From an uncultured Candidatus Saccharibacteria bacterium (GTDB lineage: Bacteria > Patescibacteriota > Minisyncoccia > Phycocordibacterales > PALSA-1337), in NCBI GenBank assembly GCA_964565685.1, contig CAZMFR010000003.1:20709-84708 (forward strand): a DNA stretch of 64,000 nucleotides, read 5' to 3'. This document shows, piece by piece, positions 1 to 12,490 of the stretch; positions within the stretch are counted from its first letter, which is position 1, and each line of letters begins with the position of its first letter. The position numbers and the translations under genes were made by a program. The notes under the pieces are model-generated. The model was given only the letters and a program-made list of their open reading frames with translations, made no database searches and had not been told where the DNA came from.

Positions 1-191
1 TTCGTTCGAAAGATCGTTTGACATTTTCAATAGCTTTTAGACGATATCGCTTTTTGATTAAAAACGGATCGTGATACTTGCGATAAAATTGATGTGAACC
101 GAATATTCTACCGATATATTGCATGCCATTGATTTTAAACTTATAATTAGCCGGTCATCATATAATATTTATTATTAATAAAAAAATCTAA

Positions 192-1139
192 GTGAAAAAA
201 TCTTATACGAAACGATTTATAGGCATGGGCATAGTGTTTTTATCAGTTTCAATGGCGTCATGCGTTTATGCTAATTCATATATTCCGCCATCATCCATTT
301 TTACGCGAAACCTCCACATGGGCTCGTCTGGTAACGACGTCAAGACATTGCAACAATTTTTGAATGATAACGGTTTCATCGTATCGCAAAGCGGCGCTGG
401 TTCTCTTGGAAAAGAAACATCTGTATTCGGAAATATGACCAAATCGGCGCTTGCAAGGTTCCAGGAAGCAAATGCTTCAACCATCCTATCTCCACAAGGG
501 TTAAAGAACGGAACTGGTGCGCTTGGCTTGTATACAAGATCATTCATAAATGATTTGGTATCTACTTCATCTGTCTCTGATTCTAACGATAACCTCCAGA
601 CGGTCACTTATATCAATGGCAAGAGCTTTTACAAAACTGATCCGGGAAATGGTGCCGGCTATTTGGAGACTACGGCAGGATGGGTAAAGATCACTGGTGG
701 CGTAACAGAAAGCAATCCTATTCCACAAACCAACACTGATGCGTCTAACGTCTCGTCCACACCGGCAGGACCTCCACAGATGGTAGTCTCATATGCTACA
801 AGCACAGATGGGACGTTCTCCGATTATGTGACTCTCGCTTCAGGAGATACAATACCGGACGTCATAACGTACGGAGAGAAAGTCTCTATCCGCATAGATA
901 ATATAGGCCAAGGACCGCTAACGACATCTACAACTTCGCCTGTATCAGTATTGGAGTCTCCGCCTGATACTAACACATGGGACATACCAGAGCCGCAGTT
1001 TCCTATAGCAGCCGGAGGAAATCAGGAAGTCACACTATCGAGCGATGATGGATATAATCACGCAACAAATACATTCACTATCATGACCAATGATCCGACT
1101 AATCCGGAGTTCAGCGTTATCGTCGACACAAATAGTTAG
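192..1139 (+). CDS. Secreted protein with N-terminal signal peptide and a peptidoglycan-binding (PG_binding_1-like) domain, followed by a Ser/Thr-rich region
   Basis: ORF track. Hydrophobic N-terminus MGIVFLSVSMASCVYA. Motif GSSGNDVKTLQQFLNDNGF...GKETSVFGNMTKSALARFQ resembles the PG-binding domain consensus. Confidence 0.55.
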   Translation: MKKSYTKRFIGMGIVFLSVSMASCVYANSYIPPSSIFTRNLHMGSSGNDVKTLQQFLNDNGFIVSQSGAGSLGKETSVFGNMTKSALARFQEANASTILSPQGLKNGTGALGLYTRSFINDLVSTSSVSDSNDNLQTVTYINGKSFYKTDPGNGAGYLETTAGWVKITGGVTESNPIPQTNTDASNVSSTPAGPPQMVVSYATSTDGTFSDYVTLASGDTIPDVITYGEKVSIRIDNIGQGPLTTSTTSPVSVLESPPDTNTWDIPEPQFPIAAGGNQEVTLSSDDGYNHATNTFTIMTNDPTNPEFSVIVDTNS

Positions 1140-1140
1140 C

Positions 1141-2505
1141 ATGTCACAGGAAATCAGCGCCATAACGTGGGCATCAAAAGACCGATCTTTTTTGCTAGAA
1201 CGATCGGTGCGAAGTTTTCAGGACGCAATCAGACGCAATGGATTGAATCTTCCGCTTTTTGTCGCCGGACCAGAAAATGACGCTGGAATAGACGGTTTGA
1301 CTGTCATAGATAAACACCGGCTTTGTGAACATTTGATCTCGAAAACCAAGTGGGCTGGAGTGTCGCCGGAAACTATACGTTTTGCATTACTAGGATGCTC
1401 CGAGTCAATAAAAAATCATATCGTCGATACAGGAACAAATCGCAACGCGCTTCTGCTCACACTTATGGATAAACATTTCTTGTGCGTCGATGACGATGTA
1501 GTTTGCAAATTTGCCGATATGAAAGAAAACATTGGTGAAGACGCGGTCTTTGATCCCCGCCTCCGCTCGCTGATATCGATATTCTTCAATGATAGAGATG
1601 AATGTTACCATGCCGTCTCGTATGATGAAGATCCACCTCTCGTAGATTTTCTTTCTGCTCACAAAAAGCTTCTCGACTGGCATAAAATCGATCCTGGAAG
1701 CGGCAAAGTCGTCGCTACTGTATCAGGAATACACGGAGATTCTGGGTTTGGATCCCCACGTTCGCTTTTTCTTTCTAAAATAAATCAGCTGGAGCTTTAC
1801 GAAAACGCTATAAAAAATAGACTGATATTGCGATATACGTCCATACCGGTAGCAACAGATAATCCTCGCTTCCAAGCCGTATGCACTGGATTTGATAATA
1901 CGATGATGCTTCCGCCATTCCTTCCGATAGGACGTAATCAGGACGGCGTCTTTGGTGTCGCAATCAAAGCATGCTTGCCAAGAGCACTGATAGGACATGT
2001 TCCATGGGTCATCCGTCATGATCCAGTTCCGGCGAGAGAATATCCTGACGGAGAGATGCGCATCTGGCGATTCAGGATAAGCGAGATGATGAGCATTTTT
2101 CTCGAATCATTCTACAAATTACATGCCGCAGACAATCAATCAGAGATCTATGATAGATATGAATCAGTTGGAAGATATCTCGAACAATTCGCCGGGCAAG
2201 AACCAAACGAGTTCATATCATCCTTAAGGCGTCTTTGTATGCCCAATCTCGATATATATACAGATTACCTGCGCAAGATATCGATCTCCAGAACAGATGC
2301 TCCGACTGCTTTGATAGATGATGCTATCGGATGCATCGATTACATAGAACACATAAAAAATGACAGGACTTTTTGCATACCGGAGGAACTGCTATCAGGT
2401 TCAAATCTAGCTGACGCCATCAAATCGGCTCGCGACCTGACGTTCAAATATGGGACGCTGCTGCGTCATTGGCCGGCAATCCGCACAGCGGCGGCGAACC
2501 GATGA
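1141..2505 (+). CDS. Hypothetical protein. The start is more likely the internal ATG (MSQEISAITW) than the 1090 ORF start
   Basis: Long ORF with no recognisable motifs. The 1090 start would overlap the upstream gene. Confidence 0.45.
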   Translation: MSQEISAITWASKDRSFLLERSVRSFQDAIRRNGLNLPLFVAGPENDAGIDGLTVIDKHRLCEHLISKTKWAGVSPETIRFALLGCSESIKNHIVDTGTNRNALLLTLMDKHFLCVDDDVVCKFADMKENIGEDAVFDPRLRSLISIFFNDRDECYHAVSYDEDPPLVDFLSAHKKLLDWHKIDPGSGKVVATVSGIHGDSGFGSPRSLFLSKINQLELYENAIKNRLILRYTSIPVATDNPRFQAVCTGFDNTMMLPPFLPIGRNQDGVFGVAIKACLPRALIGHVPWVIRHDPVPAREYPDGEMRIWRFRISEMMSIFLESFYKLHAADNQSEIYDRYESVGRYLEQFAGQEPNEFISSLRRLCMPNLDIYTDYLRKISISRTDAPTALIDDAIGCIDYIEHIKNDRTFCIPEELLSGSNLADAIKSARDLTFKYGTLLRHWPAIRTAAANR

Positions 2506-2934
2506 TTATCAGAGCTACACCGACATATTTCATCGACAAGATTATTATTCAATGTTCTAAAACATTATCAACAGAAAAAATCGACTTACCCACAGCTTTT
2601 GCACAACTTGTCCTCAAAATTTTCCACGATAACTATTGACTTTTTGATTTTCAAGGATACAATTTACTGAGGTTCAGTGTAGTTTTAAGGAGATCCTTAT
2701 CTTACTTTATGGGCTCAATTTATGGGCACCACCTAACATATCGGGTACTTTCCTTATTACTCCCTGACCCATTATGGCAAATCAACCCGCTTCGGCGGGT
2801 TGATTTGCGTATGGGGAAAAATTTGTTGCACACTCGCGTCTGAAGGATAAGAAGCCGATGATTGAATAAAAATTATAGTAGATAATTTTTATTATATAAT
2901 TTTATACCAATAATAATCTTGTGATAGAAAATTA

Positions 2935-3462
2935 TTACATCTTGGTGGCTTGTTCAAATACCGGCACCATCTGTAGAAATAATCCTCTATTGTTGTAATC
3001 AAATCCTTTTGTTAAAGCATCATATATTCCTTTTTGTTCTGAATCTAGACTGAATATATCTGGATGTTTAGCATAGATCCATAGATTAAAGGCAACAAAA
3101 AGTGGGTCCTTTTCACTAGTCAAATAATGATGGAGTCTTACGGCATCCCACAAGACAAATTCCGAAATCTCGGGATTAAATTTAGTTATTGCTTTTGGAT
3201 CCCTTCCAGCATGTTTGAAGGAATTTTTTGCCTCATCTGATATCTTGGTAAACTTGGCCTTCATCTCCGGGCGGACAAGGTCAACCATTTGTAATTTAAG
3301 ACTTTTTATCCCCTGTGATTTACATAAAGACTCAAGAATCTCCTGTGCCGCACAGCCAAGAACATGAATTGATACTGGTTCACCATTCTGCAGAAACATT
3401 CGGACAGCAGTACGCAATTGCCTTGAAGCTGAATCTAATTTTGAAATATATATGAAGTTCAT
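2935..3462 (-). CDS. Hypothetical protein, trimmed to the internal start MNFIYISKL
   Basis: The 202-aa ORF N-terminus overlaps a tRNA gene on the same strand, so the internal Met is the plausible start. Confidence 0.4.
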   Translation of the reverse strand: MNFIYISKLDSASRQLRTAVRMFLQNGEPVSIHVLGCAAQEILESLCKSQGIKSLKLQMVDLVRPEMKAKFTKISDEAKNSFKHAGRDPKAITKFNPEISEFVLWDAVRLHHYLTSEKDPLFVAFNLWIYAKHPDIFSLDSEQKGIYDALTKGFDYNNRGLFLQMVPVFEQATKM

Positions 3463-3517
3463 TTTTGACACAAAGAAAACGCCCTGACCATGAGGCACTC
3501 GCGTCGGACTTGCTTGT

Positions 3518-3588
3518 TGCGGAGGCCGGAATCGAACCGGCAATCTTCAGGTTATGAGCCTGACGGGATACCGTTACCCTACCCCGCT
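3518..3588 (-). tRNA. tRNA-Met (anticodon CAU). No CCA is encoded.
   Basis: The reverse complement contains T-arm GCCGG-TTCGATT-CCGGC and an anticodon stem-loop TCAGG-CTCATAA-CCTGA with U33 and A37. The acceptor stem pairs with a 1:72 mismatch. Confidence 0.7.
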
Positions 3589-3648
3589 GTAGGATTCGAT
3601 TATACCACAAGTCCTTTTAAAGACAAGTGGAAAAATATGGTGAAGATA

Positions 3649-4293
3649 TCATATATAGAAAAATTCTTCGAGCACCTGCCTATACAGATTTATGACCCTC
3701 TTTGCCTCATGCTGATCCAAAGCAAAATCGGATCCTTCATGAGCTATCTGATTCCTTATTCTATGTGCTTCCCACGCTTGATCTAATGTTTTGAATTCAG
3801 CCTTGTTCGCGCCTTTTAATTGTTCGCCGATGCCTTCACCTGCATATTGCATCTTTGTCAGGATCTCACCGAGGATTATATCCGCCTCGATTATCGCTTG
3901 GCGCCAATCGCTCGCATTCGGAGAATCGGCGTGAGCCATGACGCTAGCCCATTTTTTTGTAAGGGTCGGATCCCCTTTTGCATTTTCATCATACGCCGTC
4001 TCTACTTTTAGATCATATCTTTCGGCTTCTTTTTTACGGACGTGTTTTATGCCTTCGATGGCGGTTATGATGCCGATCAGGAGCAGTACCGAGATGACGA
4101 TCGAGATGCCGATGATCCAGCCAAAGATATTTTTGATCACAGAAATAAAATCTGGATAATATTCCTTGAAATATGGATTTACATGGTCCGAGAAAAATGA
4201 GACAGCGGCTGACGAAGAAAAAATGGCGACAGCTACGACAAATACTATTATGATCGCAATAACGATATCTATCTCCTTTTTCTCGTCTTTCAT
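3649..4293 (-). CDS. Membrane-anchored protein (2 TM) with a C-terminal HEPN-like domain (Rx4H motif RNQIAH), DUF4145-like
   Basis: Hydrophobic segments at the N-terminus. C-terminus ...WEAHRIRNQIAHEGS... fits the HEPN Rx4-6H signature. Confidence 0.5.
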   Translation of the reverse strand: MKDEKKEIDIVIAIIIVFVVAVAIFSSSAAVSFFSDHVNPYFKEYYPDFISVIKNIFGWIIGISIVISVLLLIGIITAIEGIKHVRKKEAERYDLKVETAYDENAKGDPTLTKKWASVMAHADSPNASDWRQAIIEADIILGEILTKMQYAGEGIGEQLKGANKAEFKTLDQAWEAHRIRNQIAHEGSDFALDQHEAKRVINLYRQVLEEFFYI

Positions 4294-4296
4294 AAT

Positions 4297-4374
4297 GATT
4301 AGTATAAAGTAGAAAGCATAAAGTAGAAAGTGGATATGATTTGCATTTTCTTTATGCTTTTCGCTTTCTACTTC
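4297..4374 (-). repeat. Copy A of an ~80-nt upstream element (AAGTAGAAAG words) directly abutting the start codon of the HEPN-like gene. It is homologous to 49607..49692.
   Basis: Aligned directly with 49607..49692 at about 75% identity. Shared words gtataaagtagaaag...aaagtagaaagtggata...cgctttct. Confidence 0.7.
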
Positions 4375-5864
4375 CCTTCAACCTCGATGTCTTTTCCTGC
4401 TTGAAAAAGCGCCGATTCATCTCCATGTCTAGATGTAAGTTGCATACCTATAGGTAATTTCTTGCCTTCTATTTCTGAGAAGCCAGTAGGAACAGATAGG
4501 GCTGGCAAACCAGTGAGATTGGCAGTCACCGTAAAAATGTCTTCTAGATACATAGCAACAGGATCGGCTGTTTTTTCGCCTATTTTGAAAGCCGGGGACG
4601 GCGCTGTAGGAGTGAGGATGATATCGACAGACTCGAATGCTTTGTTGAAATCTTCGGTTATCAAGCGTCGAACGGCATTCGCGCGGTAATAATAGGCGTC
4701 ATAATAGCCGGATGATAGGACATAAGTGCCTAGGAGAATGCGGCGGCGCACCTCAGGACCGAAACCAGCGGCACGGCTCTCAAAATAGTCCTCGATCGAA
4801 TTCTTGCCGTCCGCATGAAGACCATATTTGACGCCATCGAATCGCGCCATGTTCGAGGAAACTTCCGCCGGCATTATCACATAGTAGACAGGCAAGGAAT
4901 ATGCGATATTCGGTAGAGTGATCTCTTTTATTTCATATCCATGCCCTTTTAGTTTCGAGATCGTGTCATCGAGATTTTTCTTGACCGCAGGATCTAGACC
5001 CTTGTCCAAGAAATGCCATGGCACTCCAATGACCGATTTCTTCAGATTTGTCGCTTTTTTTCCTTTGACTTTTGACTCGCCATGCTTGCTGATAGGCAGG
5101 GTATTTTCAGCTTTCGGCTTTTCAAGCGTCGTCGAATCCATCGGGTCTCTTCCTCTTATCGCATTGAATATTATCTCTGCATCTCCAACTGTCTTTCCAA
5201 AAGGTCCGATCTGATCCAAAGACGATCCCATAGCCATGAGTCCATATCGAGAGACAACTCCATATGTCGGCTTCAATCCGGCGAGACCACAGAATGATGC
5301 TGGTTGGCGTATAGAACCGCCAGTATCAGAACCAAGCGCGGCAAGAGCGAGATCACCCGCAACAGCCGCAGCTGAACCGCCTGAAGATCCTCCAGGTACG
5401 CGCCTCATATCGTGAGGATTTTTTGTCACACCATATGCCGATTTTTCCGTCGAACCGCCCATGGCGAATTCGTCCATATTTGTGCGACCGATTAAAATAG
5501 CGCCGTTTTCTTGTTGGAGTCTTTTTATGACTGTCGCGTCGTATGTCGCCTTGTAATTTTCAAGGATTTTTGAGGCAGCGCTTACCGTCTTTCCTTTCAC
5601 TAGAATGTTGTCTTTTATGGCAAGAGGGATGCCCATCAGCATCGGGACTTCTTTGTTTTCTTTTTTAAGATCAGCGATCGCTTTGTCGGCTGATTTCGCT
5701 TGATCGAGCACGTCTTCATAGACTTCGAGATAAGCGTGGATCTCGCCGTTCTTTTTTTTGATCTCGTCCAAATAGGATTGAACCAGTTCAACCGCAGTGA
5801 AATCGCCCTCGATGAGAGATTTGTGAGCTTTAATTATTGTTAAGCTTTGTAAGTTAATTTTCAT
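4368..5864 (-). CDS. gatA: Glutamyl-tRNA(Gln) amidotransferase subunit A
   Basis: Amidase signature GGSSGGSAAAVA, 498 aa, and gatC lies adjacent. Confidence 0.95.
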   Translation of the reverse strand: MKINLQSLTIIKAHKSLIEGDFTAVELVQSYLDEIKKKNGEIHAYLEVYEDVLDQAKSADKAIADLKKENKEVPMLMGIPLAIKDNILVKGKTVSAASKILENYKATYDATVIKRLQQENGAILIGRTNMDEFAMGGSTEKSAYGVTKNPHDMRRVPGGSSGGSAAAVAGDLALAALGSDTGGSIRQPASFCGLAGLKPTYGVVSRYGLMAMGSSLDQIGPFGKTVGDAEIIFNAIRGRDPMDSTTLEKPKAENTLPISKHGESKVKGKKATNLKKSVIGVPWHFLDKGLDPAVKKNLDDTISKLKGHGYEIKEITLPNIAYSLPVYYVIMPAEVSSNMARFDGVKYGLHADGKNSIEDYFESRAAGFGPEVRRRILLGTYVLSSGYYDAYYYRANAVRRLITEDFNKAFESVDIILTPTAPSPAFKIGEKTADPVAMYLEDIFTVTANLTGLPALSVPTGFSEIEGKKLPIGMQLTSRHGDESALFQAGKDIEVEGK

Positions 5865-5947
5865 GATATTTAGTCGAAGGTCCCGAGTCCCCAGTCGAAA
5901 TCCTTGTTTATCTTGACTTTTGGCTCGATAATTTTGACTTTACATAC
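5865..5947 (-). repeat. Dispersed repeat copy D in the gatC-gatA spacer (AGTCGAAGGTCCCGAGTC...GTCAAGATAAACAAGG)
   Basis: An 18-mer agtcgaaggtcccgagtc is identical to one inside recG (38290). The tract gagccaaaagtcaagataaacaagg matches the leader-coding DNA of the pilin at 11538..11681. Confidence 0.7.
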
Positions 5948-6229
5948 TCATAATATCTTCTTCACCGCCACAAAGTCGCCCTCCCTTTTTGGCGCTTCAT
6001 CGATTAGCCGTCCGCGATCTTTGTCTGAAGTCATAACGATGACATCTTCGCGCATGACGTTTTTCACCGCGCCTGGTTGCTGTTTGAAATCACCGATCGG
6101 AGCGGCTTTTATTTGATCGACATAAGCCAAAATCGAATCGACGTCCTTCGCTAGGCCTTCTTTTTCCTCTTCCGAAAGCCGGATTCTGGCTAAATTCGCC
6201 AGATTTTCTATGTCTTTTTTGGAAATCAT
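5948..6229 (-). CDS. gatC: Glutamyl-tRNA(Gln) amidotransferase subunit C
   Basis: MISKKDIENLANLARIRLSEEEKEGLAKDVDSILAYVDQ is typical of GatC. Trimmed to the internal Met. Confidence 0.85.
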   Translation of the reverse strand: MISKKDIENLANLARIRLSEEEKEGLAKDVDSILAYVDQIKAAPIGDFKQQPGAVKNVMREDVIVMTSDKDRGRLIDEAPKREGDFVAVKKIL

Positions 6230-6424
6230 GGCGATATTATACCACAAGATGAGTTTTCCTCTATGCTTGGCGTTTCTTTAAAGGCATTATTACGATATGT
6301 CGTAAAACATCGCACGACTCAATATGAAATGTGGATTCCAAACACGATATATCCTTCTTCTTGCTTTTATGTGTTTTTCTGCTTATAACCAACTAGTTAT
6401 ATTACAAAAAATAATATTTGCCGA

Positions 6425-9417
<2,993 letters not shown>

Positions 9418-9425
9418 ATCATTGA

Positions 9426-10112
9426 TTATTGCATAGGTGCATCGTACATCGTGTCTTCCAATGTCACTCCGCCGCCGCCGGTGACATCGCCAGGCCAAAT
9501 GACTGTAACAGTGACGTTTGCGGCATTGCCGTTTCCACCGATATTGCCGCCACTGCTCGTTGCTGTAAACGGTTGGACATAAAAATAACGAGTAAAAGTC
9601 GTGACTGGGTTTATTCCATCCTGAGTATAGCCGTTTGAGGATAGGTCGAGAGGCGGGCATGCAGTCGTATTTATATTTAGCAACGTACAAGAAGATTGGG
9701 TTATTTTATTATTTATAGTATCGATCATACACAGACCAGAGCTAGTACAACCTGTTTCCAAATCGATGCCCCCGCTCTTGATCCAATAATCGCCAATGTC
9801 TAAACTAGAATTGGCGCCGATATTCAACTCGTTATTATCCACAATGTTCCTCATATATTCCATTCCGTCTTGTGCCAAATACGATGCCATGAGCTGGTCG
9901 CGAGCATAGATAGACGCCGACAAGCTCTTTTCCGCGACGGTCAATGGCCCTGCTATAGCGATCATCAGAATGGTTATTGCCACCAGAGTCTCGACCAAGG
10001 TAAAGCCGGAAGAAGTAGAAAGCCGAAAGCCCCTAGTCGAAAGTCGGCTGTATTTGCATCTACTTTTGAAAGTTGACCATTGATCTTTGACTTTTTTTAA
10101 TATATTCCTCAT
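9426..10112 (-). CDS. Type IV pseudopilin with a 36-aa leader (…RLSTSSG|FTLVE)
   Basis: Canonical G|FTLVE prepilin-peptidase site followed by a hydrophobic helix. Confidence 0.8.
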   Translation of the reverse strand: MRNILKKVKDQWSTFKSRCKYSRLSTRGFRLSTSSGFTLVETLVAITILMIAIAGPLTVAEKSLSASIYARDQLMASYLAQDGMEYMRNIVDNNELNIGANSSLDIGDYWIKSGGIDLETGCTSSGLCMIDTINNKITQSSCTLLNINTTACPPLDLSSNGYTQDGINPVTTFTRYFYVQPFTATSSGGNIGGNGNAANVTVTVIWPGDVTGGGGVTLEDTMYDAPMQ

Positions 10113-10118
10113 GTTATT

Positions 10119-10901
10119 TTATGTCCGTTCAGATATCGTCGTCTGAAGATTGAAATATGTCTGCGTGCTCGAAGCCGAACCGGTGTAACCGGATATATAC
10201 AAAAAAACGCTTGGCTGGGTATTCGCCACAGCCGTGTTAACTTTTAAAGAATAAGCCGTAATGATGATCGACGGATCAATGATCGGGACATACTGCGTAT
10301 ACGTGTTTCCAAGAGGATCCGCGCATGGATCACTTGGATAGCTCGGATCATTGGATTCCTGTTGAGCCTTTTCAATCGTCCATGTATACACTGCAGGGTT
10401 AGATCCTGGAACTTGAACTGGTTCGAAATAATACGCATACGTCAGATTGCAAGACTGACCATTTGTTTGATCCATAGCTGTGTTCGAAGAAAGAAAAGCA
10501 ATGGAAGTGCCTGAATTTGAGTTTGAATTACCAGATATTATCAATGGTGAACATTGAGCGCCTTGGCTTGTTTGAAGAATAGGACCCGTATACATGCCGC
10601 TCGGATAGCATGTATATGCGCTCCCCAACCTTATCTCGCGCGTGATCGAATCCATGGCATAATTGATGTTGTTGACAGTGTCTTGAAGCGTTTGCGATTT
10701 CTTGCTTGCATCGACTATTTTGAGCAGAGCGGCGACGGCGATCACAGCCACGATCATGAATATCGCGATCGATACGAGCATTTCGACCAATGTAAAGCCG
10801 GAAGATCTGGAAGGAGCGGAAAGCGACAAGTGGAAATCAGAGAGTCGAGGCGACTTGCATTTTCTTTCTGCTTCATATTTTATATTTTCTACTTGTTCCA
10901 T
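10119..10901 (-). CDS. Type IV pseudopilin with a 35-aa leader (…PSRSSG|FTLVE)
   Basis: G|FTLVEMLVSIAIFMIV motif. Confidence 0.8.
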   Translation of the reverse strand: MEQVENIKYEAERKCKSPRLSDFHLSLSAPSRSSGFTLVEMLVSIAIFMIVAVIAVAALLKIVDASKKSQTLQDTVNNINYAMDSITREIRLGSAYTCYPSGMYTGPILQTSQGAQCSPLIISGNSNSNSGTSIAFLSSNTAMDQTNGQSCNLTYAYYFEPVQVPGSNPAVYTWTIEKAQQESNDPSYPSDPCADPLGNTYTQYVPIIDPSIIITAYSLKVNTAVANTQPSVFLYISGYTGSASSTQTYFNLQTTISERT

Positions 10902-10904
10902 ATT

Positions 10905-11681
10905 TTATTGATTCTGTACTGCTATCTCCCCCGTTTCATTCACAACGATGGAACGGGTCGATGTCTTGCTAGCATCTTCGACTTGAATCACGGCATAGGC
11001 GCACGGCGGGGCGTTTGTGGGACACAGCGAGCTGCCTTGTGCGACAATGATAGCATTCGGGTTAGGTCGTTTGAAAGTGATGTCGACAGAGGTGATCGAA
11101 TTTCCAGTGGTCGGGCAAGGATTTCCGGTGGTCGGAGGAGCGCTATTTTCGACATATAGGCATTTTATCAATCCGCCGCGAGCGAGAGTGTAAGTTGTGA
11201 TCAATGAGTCAGACGAAGATGTGTAAATTCCGTCTCCAAATGAATTATTGCCATTTGATGGATTCGAGTCAGCAAACAAGATCATCTGGCTCGGATTACC
11301 GCCTAGATTGTTTATATTAAAATCCATCCCAAAAGGATAGTTAAAATTCTGCGCAGAGCCCACGGTAGTCCCTTCCACGTTCAGACCGTACGATTGGGCA
11401 TCGCGCAATGCCAATGCGACATCATAAGACATGCTGGTCAGAAGAGTGCCGTCATTGAAACTCCCATAATTAGCCACAACCAAGGCGGTCATAAAGACAA
11501 AGATAGCGATGACTACTGTTAGCTCGACCAATGTAAAGCCGGAAGAAGAGAGCCGAAAGCGTCCTGCCTGCCTATAAGCACAGCAAGTCGAAAGTCCGGA
11601 GCCGTTTTTATCTTGACTTTTGATCTTTGGCTCTCGACTTTCGATTTTTTCTTCATCCTTGATTTTCTTGAATAAAAACAT
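10905..11681 (-). CDS. Type IV pseudopilin with a 48-aa leader (…RLSSSG|FTLVE)
   Basis: G|FTLVELTVVIAIFVF motif. Confidence 0.8.
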   Translation of the reverse strand: MFLFKKIKDEEKIESREPKIKSQDKNGSGLSTCCAYRQAGRFRLSSSGFTLVELTVVIAIFVFMTALVVANYGSFNDGTLLTSMSYDVALALRDAQSYGLNVEGTTVGSAQNFNYPFGMDFNINNLGGNPSQMILFADSNPSNGNNSFGDGIYTSSSDSLITTYTLARGGLIKCLYVENSAPPTTGNPCPTTGNSITSVDITFKRPNPNAIIVAQGSSLCPTNAPPCAYAVIQVEDASKTSTRSIVVNETGEIAVQNQ

Positions 11682-11684
11682 AGA

Positions 11685-12464
11685 TTAAAAACTTCCGAAC
11701 AATTGCCATCCTGTCACCATGACCAGATAAAGACCCAGAATCAGGTATGGACCGAACGGGATCTGCAAGCCATGCTTGAACGAACGATAGACTGCCGCCA
11801 TATAGATAATCGATGCCAGAGCGCCTATCCAAAATGCCAAGGCAAGAGCCGTCAAACCGTACGCCAGACCGAGCATCCAGCCGATGCCGAGAATGAGCTT
11901 TGAATCGCCGAGACCCATCCATTCTCCATGCGAAACATACCAGAGCAAAGCAAATGGCAAGGCCAAAATAGGTCCGGCAAGGAGGCGTTGCATGCTCGGG
12001 ATTATAAAAGGGTGCGCGTCATTGCCGATGAATAATAGTACGAAAGTAGCGGCGATGAAAATATAAACCAGTGGATCCGGGATTATTTTGTGCTTTATAT
12101 CGTAAACAGTTATGACCATGAGTATGCACAGAATGAAAAGCTGAAAGGCAGTGACGATACTCGAAACCATTGTCACCGGCGGATAGAGTAGGAATATGAT
12201 GACGAACAGAGCACCGGAGAAAAATTCAACCAACGGGTATTGCCAAGAAATCTTTGCTCGACAGCCCTTGCAAACGCCCCGTTGAAAAGCAAAGGACAAA
12301 ATCGGTATGAGCTCCACCCAGGTCAATGTTTTTGCGCAAGACATGCATTTCGATCGACCTCGGATGCCGACGCCCGTGTTGTAGCGCAGGGCCAGGACAT
12401 TCAAAAAGCTTCCTATGAGCGTGCCGAGTATGAATGAGACGATGAGTATGAGATATGGCTGCAT
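11685..12464 (-). CDS. pilD: Prepilin peptidase (A24 family) with an N-terminal Cys-rich zinc-binding motif
   Basis: CxxC…CxxC motif, multiple TM segments, and typical PilD layout adjacent to pilins. Confidence 0.85.
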   Translation of the reverse strand: MQPYLILIVSFILGTLIGSFLNVLALRYNTGVGIRGRSKCMSCAKTLTWVELIPILSFAFQRGVCKGCRAKISWQYPLVEFFSGALFVIIFLLYPPVTMVSSIVTAFQLFILCILMVITVYDIKHKIIPDPLVYIFIAATFVLLFIGNDAHPFIIPSMQRLLAGPILALPFALLWYVSHGEWMGLGDSKLILGIGWMLGLAYGLTALALAFWIGALASIIYMAAVYRSFKHGLQIPFGPYLILGLYLVMVTGWQLFGSF

Positions 12465-12490
12465 GATGATTGTTTTAAAGTTAAAAATTA

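Noticed and set aside
2935-3543. Full 202-aa ORF extent
   Set aside because: The N-terminal 27 codons overlap tRNA-Met on the same strand, so the CDS was trimmed to the internal Met at 3462.
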